Positions 59,560 to 64,000 of a DNA stretch of 64,000 nt are shown in pieces; the first letter of the stretch is position 1; each line of letters opens with the position of its first letter. The notes under the pieces were generated by a model. It searched no databases. It was not told the origin of the DNA and worked only from the letters and a program-made list of their open reading frames with translations. Source of the stretch: an uncultured Planctomycetia bacterium (GTDB lineage: Bacteria > Omnitrophota > Gorgyraeia > Duberdicusellales > Duberdicusellaceae); the NCBI GenBank assembly GCA_964634935.1, contig CAZWJT010000002.1, positions 138,643-202,642 of the forward strand, in the 5' to 3' direction. The translations under genes were made by a program, and so were the position numbers.

Positions 59560-61758
59560 ATGGGTATAAAAACCACTTTTGCTCCAAAAATTCTATCACC
59601 TTTGATCATCGGAATCCTAGTCGCCACTTTTTATTGGTTTCTCGAATCACTGATTCATGTATTTGTTTTAACCTCTCAATCGTTCTTTTATGAATTTTTC
59701 TTTCCAGAGCCGCATGAAGCCTGGATGCGCTCAACGGTTGCAATTCTGTTAATCCTTCTTAGTGTTTATCTCCAATCGGCCTTCGAAAAGATGAAATCTT
59801 TGCACAAGTTGCAACTTGAGAAAGAAAAAGCCGAAAATGCTGAAAAAATAAAGAGTGAATTTCTGGCTCATGTCTCACATGAGATCCGCACTCCGATGAA
59901 TTCAGTAATCGGTTTTACTGAGCTATTGCTTGACACGCCGCTCAATGATACTCAAAATGATTATGTACTGACTATCCGTGAAAGCGGAAATCTTTTATTA
60001 ACTCTCGTAAATGATATTCTTGATCTCTCGAAGCTGGAAGCTGGAAAAATCATCCTTGAAAAGATTGATTTCGATCTTGCCTATTTGACTGAAAGCGTCA
60101 TAAAAATGGTAATGCCGCGTTTGCTTGGTAAACCCGTTACGTTGCGTTACGAATTCGATGAAAATATTTCGATGAATTTTAAAGGTGATCCGACCCGCAT
60201 ACGTCAAATACTTCTCAATTTAATTAACAACGCCATAAAATTCACCGAAAAAGGGGAAATAGTAATTTCGATTTTTCCCGACCCAGGGTTTTCGACGAAT
60301 AAAGAACAGACCGTTGCGCACCTGCTGTTGAAAATCAAAGATACTGGAATTGGTATTCCGCATCATGCGCAAATGCATATTTTTGATGCGTTTACCCAGG
60401 CTGAAAGTTCAACGCCTCGTAAGTACGGTGGTTCAGGTCTTGGGTTGTGTATAGCAAAATCCCTCATTGAGCTGATGGGGGGGGCGATTACCTTTTCTTC
60501 AGAAGAAAACAAGGGCACGGAGTTTATTATTTCGCTCCCCCTGGAGCAAAGCGCAAAGCAGACGGACGGATCGATTCTGCTGGTTTCCGATCGACATCTC
60601 CGTGAGAAAAAAATTGGCATTATCGACCCTGATGGATTCTCTCGAAAACTTCTTGAGCAGATGTCCTCGAATGCTGGGCTTGAAGTTATCTTTTCTGTTG
60701 ACTCTTTGAACGCAGCACAGATGAGTTTTCTCAGTAGCCCCTTGCCGGATTTTGTTCTTTGCTCTATACCGGGTGAATCCGATGAACCGCTCGATCATCT
60801 CAAATCTTTCTTTCTTCAGGATCGTTATATCACAATAAAGCGTATTGCAGTGGCTATCCATCCGACCCCAGGCACAGCCCGGAATGCCAAGCAAGCGGGT
60901 TTTCATGGGTTTCTTCCCAAGCCAATACATGAGAACGATTTTATAAAAGTACTCCGCGCTGTTTCCGGTGACCAGCGTATGGATGGACAAATCGTTACCC
61001 GTCATATCGCAGAAGAAATTTCCCTGAACGGCATACCTGTCTTAGTTGCAGACGATAGCGAACTCAATCGAAAACTGATGGAGAAAATCCTCCAGAAATT
61101 CGGTTGTTTGGTTGAAACGGCACAAAATGGAACAGAAGTCATTTCCAAAGTCAAAGAAAAGCATTTTCAAATTATTTTTATGGACATTCAAATGCCTGAA
61201 ATGGATGGATTGGCGGTAACCCGTTTCCTGCGGCATAAATTGTACTATCCGTTTCCAATCATCGGACTGACTGCTTTTGCTTCCGCTGAAGATCAAAAAA
61301 AATGTTTAGAGAGCGGAATGAATGCGTATCTCACAAAACCCATAAACTCTTCAATTCTCCGGGAAAAGATGCTATTTGTGTTATCAGAAAAACAACCTTC
61401 TCAAATCGCAGGGAATCAGAAAGATATCGAAGCATTGCGTGAGCTTGGAGTAACCGATTCTGAATATGAGCAGATGTGCAGGGATGCCGCGCTCGAATTA
61501 TCTGGAAAAATCAATACCCTAAAAAATGCGATCGAGAAGAATGACTCTATGCAAATTCGCAGCACGCTGCATTTTATGGAAGGGATTGCCTTGAATTTCC
61601 GTATGCGCGAAATCACATCCCAGTTGACGGATATTCAAAAATGTATTAAACTGCTACCTGTGGATAATGTTCAGGTGCTCCAAAAGGTCGAAGATTTAAG
61701 GAAATTTTTGGTAACGATTGGCAGTATGGATGAAAAGGAAAAAGGGAGAAGTTCATGA
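59560..61758 (+). CDS. Hybrid sensor histidine kinase (2 TM, HisKA, HATPase_c, receiver, C-terminal Hpt-like domain)
   Basis: His[27 protein letters not shown] boxes …[14 protein letters not shown]…, …DTGIGIP…, …[19 protein letters not shown]… Receiver [18 protein letters not shown]…[14 protein letters not shown]…K. C-terminal …[15 protein letters not shown]… Hpt-like. Confidence 0.8.
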   Translation: MGIKTTFAPKILSPLIIGILVATFYWFLESLIHVFVLTSQSFFYEFFFPEPHEAWMRSTVAILLILLSVYLQSAFEKMKSLHKLQLEKEKAENAEKIKSEFLAHVSHEIRTPMNSVIGFTELLLDTPLNDTQNDYVLTIRESGNLLLTLVNDILDLSKLEAGKIILEKIDFDLAYLTESVIKMVMPRLLGKPVTLRYEFDENISMNFKGDPTRIRQILLNLINNAIKFTEKGEIVISIFPDPGFSTNKEQTVAHLLLKIKDTGIGIPHHAQMHIFDAFTQAESSTPRKYGGSGLGLCIAKSLIELMGGAITFSSEENKGTEFIISLPLEQSAKQTDGSILLVSDRHLREKKIGIIDPDGFSRKLLEQMSSNAGLEVIFSVDSLNAAQMSFLSSPLPDFVLCSIPGESDEPLDHLKSFFLQDRYITIKRIAVAIHPTPGTARNAKQAGFHGFLPKPIHENDFIKVLRAVSGDQRMDGQIVTRHIAEEISLNGIPVLVADDSELNRKLMEKILQKFGCLVETAQNGTEVISKVKEKHFQIIFMDIQMPEMDGLAVTRFLRHKLYYPFPIIGLTAFASAEDQKKCLESGMNAYLTKPINSSILREKMLFVLSEKQPSQIAGNQKDIEALRELGVTDSEYEQMCRDAALELSGKINTLKNAIEKNDSMQIRSTLHFMEGIALNFRMREITSQLTDIQKCIKLLPVDNVQVLQKVEDLRKFLVTIGSMDEKEKGRSS

Positions 61759-63071
61759 GAAAAAAGAGTTTTTTTCTTTTGGTTCTTTCCATGCTCATAA
61801 TTTCGCCAAATCTCCGCGCAGAAATTAAAACAACCTTCGGTTCAGCCATTCGCCTTCGACACGAGTATTTGCGTAACAATACAGATATGAGCCACCAGCG
61901 TTTCGACAATCTAAACTATTTTCGTATAAAAACATCTTTCTGGAGCCAGCTGGAAGTTGACCAAGCATTGAATTTCTTTCTTAAGTTCACAAATGAAAAC
62001 CGACCATACACCTACCGTGGGTCTACCACCGGCAACAAAGACTGGCATTACGACATTCATGAGTTAGCTGTCGATAACTTTTACGGCGAACTACGCAATC
62101 TTTTTGATTCAACAGTCGATATCCGCTTAGGACGACAAGATTTATTGTACGGCGAAGGATTTCTTATTGCCGACGGAACCCCTTCCGATGGATCACGAAC
62201 ATACTATTTCAATGCCCTTACGACGAAATGGCGCTTCAATGAAACGAACACACTGGATCTTTTGTATATTTACAATCCTCGTGACGATCAATTCTTTCCT
62301 GTGCTCAATGAAGATAAATCTCCCCAGGCGCTGAATGTCACCAAAGAAGAGGCCTACGCATTTTATTTAAAAAGCATGTCCTTTAAACCCTTTGATCTCG
62401 AAACGTACTACATTTACAAAAAGGAAGGCGTCGATGGAGGAAAAGGATACCAAGCTGAAAAAGGAATAATCAATACCCTGGGGTCTTTTCTGAAATATAC
62501 CCGTGATTCATGGGTTCTCCGCGGACAGATTGCATCGCAATGGGGAAAGTATGGTCTCAATGACCGCCTGGCCCAGGGAGGATATGTTTTTATCGACAAG
62601 AATTTTCCTCAAAAAACATGGACACCAACGCTCACTGCTGGATACGCTTATCTTTCTGGGGACGATAAAGATACTTCAAAAAATGAGGGATGGGATCCGG
62701 TTTTTTCACGATTTCCGTGGCTCTCTGAACTCTATGGTGCACTCTATACCGCTGAAGCAGGAATTCATAGCTACTGGACAAATCTTCATCTTGCGCGTGC
62801 AAGTCTCACTCTGAAACCAACAGAAAAGATGAAACTATTTCTTGCGTATAATTATCTCTGGGCCGACGAATATCCGTCTCCTAATATGGCACTTTCAATA
62901 ACCGGTACCGGAAAAAACCGCGGGCATCTTCCACAGGTACAGTTAAGCTATTCTTTCACCAAAAACATCTCTGCCTATATTCTCTGCGAATATCTTGCGC
63001 CAGGAAATTTTTATAAAAATAGTGCAGATTCGGCAACATTCCTGCGAACGCAGTTTGAGTTTAAATTTTAA
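61755..63071 (+). CDS. Outer-membrane beta-barrel protein (porin-like), family unassigned
   Basis: Signal peptide [22 protein letters not shown]. Alternating amphipathic beta-strand pattern with many Y/W/F girdle residues. C-terminal FEFKF (terminal Phe OMP signature). 438 aa. Confidence 0.6.
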   Translation: MRKKSFFLLVLSMLIISPNLRAEIKTTFGSAIRLRHEYLRNNTDMSHQRFDNLNYFRIKTSFWSQLEVDQALNFFLKFTNENRPYTYRGSTTGNKDWHYDIHELAVDNFYGELRNLFDSTVDIRLGRQDLLYGEGFLIADGTPSDGSRTYYFNALTTKWRFNETNTLDLLYIYNPRDDQFFPVLNEDKSPQALNVTKEEAYAFYLKSMSFKPFDLETYYIYKKEGVDGGKGYQAEKGIINTLGSFLKYTRDSWVLRGQIASQWGKYGLNDRLAQGGYVFIDKNFPQKTWTPTLTAGYAYLSGDDKDTSKNEGWDPVFSRFPWLSELYGALYTAEAGIHSYWTNLHLARASLTLKPTEKMKLFLAYNYLWADEYPSPNMALSITGTGKNRGHLPQVQLSYSFTKNISAYILCEYLAPGNFYKNSADSATFLRTQFEFKF

Positions 63072-63120
63072 CCGGATCTTTTGCTATATAGTTTTAAAAT
63101 GGCACAACGAATGGAAACGA

Positions 63121-63648
63121 ATGTCGATACTTAAAATTCTTATCGCCGATGATTCGGCCGTGACGCGGAAATTAATCGGGAAAATGATTTCTGAAACCCG
63201 CTTTAAAAAAACTCAAATTTTTGAAGCGGCAAATGGAACGGACGCAATAAAAATTCTTGCCGAACAAAATATTGATCTGCTTCTGACCGACTGGATGATG
63301 CCGGGAGTAGACGGCATAGAAATGATTCAGAAAATCAAGGCATCTCCAAAACACAAAAATCTGGAAATCATAATGATTACGAAAGAAAAAACTGTCGAGA
63401 AAATGGAGAGCGCTTTGGCCTTGGGTATCACAAATTTTATCGGAAAGCCATTCACGGTTGCTGAACTCGACCGAAAAATATTTTATACTTCCGCGGGCCG
63501 TAAATATTACAGCTGGGGGTATTCTTTTGAACGTCTTCGTCGCAGGATATTTTGCCGAAATGAAATAAACCTTGTCCAGCAATTCAAAGAACCTGATACC
63601 GAGGAATTTGAGCAATCAGCAAAGAAGGAAAAAGAACAGTCACGCTAA
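63121..63648 (+). CDS. CheY-like single-domain response regulator with ~50-aa C-terminal tail
   Basis: MSILKILIADDSAVTRKLI…LLLTDWMMPGVDGIEM…ITKE…K receiver motifs (DD, D-phospho-acceptor, T, K). The ATG at 63121 is the likely start; the track ORF from 62995 is an upstream extension. Confidence 0.75.
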   Translation: MSILKILIADDSAVTRKLIGKMISETRFKKTQIFEAANGTDAIKILAEQNIDLLLTDWMMPGVDGIEMIQKIKASPKHKNLEIIMITKEKTVEKMESALALGITNFIGKPFTVAELDRKIFYTSAGRKYYSWGYSFERLRRRIFCRNEINLVQQFKEPDTEEFEQSAKKEKEQSR

Positions 63649-63700
63649 ATCGCCGCCAACCATTTTTTATCTCTCAAAAAAGACTCTTTGATGACAATCC

Positions 63701-63728
63701 TTGACAGTAGTTTTTTTTATTGTAGAGT
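63701..63728 (+). promoter_or_regulatory. Candidate promoter upstream of valS: -35 TTGACA (63701-63706), 16-bp spacer, -10 TAGAGT (63723-63728); would give a very short or absent leader
   Basis: Consensus -35 hexamer read directly. -10 match is partial. ATG of valS at 63739 with no obvious RBS. Confidence 0.3.
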
Positions 63729-63738
63729 ATAGAACAGT

Positions 63739-64000
63739 ATGCAGACACACTATAACCACAGTGAAATCGAGCAAAAATGGCTGAGTTTCTGGCTCAAACA
63801 CTCGGTCTTTCATGCCCAGAAAAACGAGCAAAAAAAACCCTTCACGATCGTCATCCCTCCCCCGAATATCACTGGCATCCTGCACATGGGCCATGCTCTC
63901 AATAACACCATTCAAGACGTACTTATTCGCTATTATCGCCTTCAAGGACGCGAAGCTCTCTGGATGCCAGGAACCGACCACGCTGGCATTGCGACTCAGA
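63739..64000 (+). CDS. valS: Valyl-tRNA synthetase, N-terminal fragment (continues past window end)
   Basis: [18 protein letters not shown]…[54 protein letters not shown] (class I HIGH region and ValS-type PPPNxTG motif). No stop before base 64000. Confidence 0.85.
   Translation, partial: MQTHYNHSEIEQKWLSFWLKHSVFHAQKNEQKKPFTIVIPPPNITGILHMGHALNNTIQDVLIRYYRLQGREALWMPGTDHAGIATQ

Noticed and set aside
63667-63981. 104-aa minus-strand ORF at the window end
   Set aside because: It is antisense to the valS 5' end, whose HIGH/PPPNxTG motifs are unambiguous on the plus strand.

Overview
This 64 kb window is a chromosomal segment of a low-GC diderm bacterium. It is densely coded, mostly on the + strand, with many 1-4 nt or short overlaps between adjacent genes. 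I could not assign a lineage; the gene content (lipid A/Kdo/heptose LPS genes, a PEP-CTERM protein, type IV filament ATPases, TTG starts) would fit an uncultivated diderm phylum.

Housekeeping genes are interleaved with envelope-biogenesis genes:
- Core metabolism and information processing: glgC, mnmG, rpsB-tsf-pyrH-frr, ptsN-yvcK-ptsH-ptsI, metK-ahcY, ilvD, uvrA, aroK-dprA-topA-xer, tgt, trmD, the start of valS, and a tRNA cluster (Leu-TAG, Cys-GCA, Lys-TTT, Gly-GCC).
- Envelope: lpxB with a GnnA-like oxidoreductase, msbA, hldD, waaA-lpxK, an LpxL-type acyltransferase fused to an ELM1/DUF1022 domain, a GT1-GT9 heptosyltransferase fusion, a GT1 glycosyltransferase and ExbB/ExbD.

Two regions look like undescribed modules:
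- Bases 1-8813 hold a candidate c-di-GMP-sensing type IV-filament motor module. Its parts are a GGDEF protein with a degenerate GDEQF motif, a standalone 148-aa MshEN domain with both canonical 24-aa c-di-GMP-binding motifs, two tandem GspE/PilB-type ATPases joined by a TGATG stop/start overlap, a PilC platform protein and a 1031-aa secreted helical repeat protein. That last gene contains two perfect intragenic direct repeats of 182 bp and 121 bp. No pilin, prepilin peptidase, secretin or PilT-type (N-domain-less) ATPase lies alongside.
- Bases 55575-58906 encode a PEP-CTERM protein, a LysM coiled-coil protein, and a single polypeptide that joins a YscJ/FliF-like periplasmic ring-building motif, a transmembrane helix, a poly-Gly linker and a FliG-like middle plus C-terminal (torque-helix) domain. 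No other flagellar genes occur in the window.

Other notable items:
- A TrmD-MazG-like fusion.
- A YvcK homolog with an N-terminal membrane anchor.
- A spermidine-synthase-like domain embedded in a polytopic membrane protein.
- A TPR/ExbB/ExbD/TonB-like cluster followed by small Zn-ribbon, DUF2582-like wHTH and PilX_N-like proteins.
- A ThiI-like PP-loop enzyme lacking the THUMP domain.
- A hybrid histidine kinase / outer-membrane beta-barrel / CheY-like receiver module.

I found no CRISPR array, IS element or rRNA. All family assignments rest on motif-level reading of the translated ORFs with no database search, so they should be treated as hypotheses.
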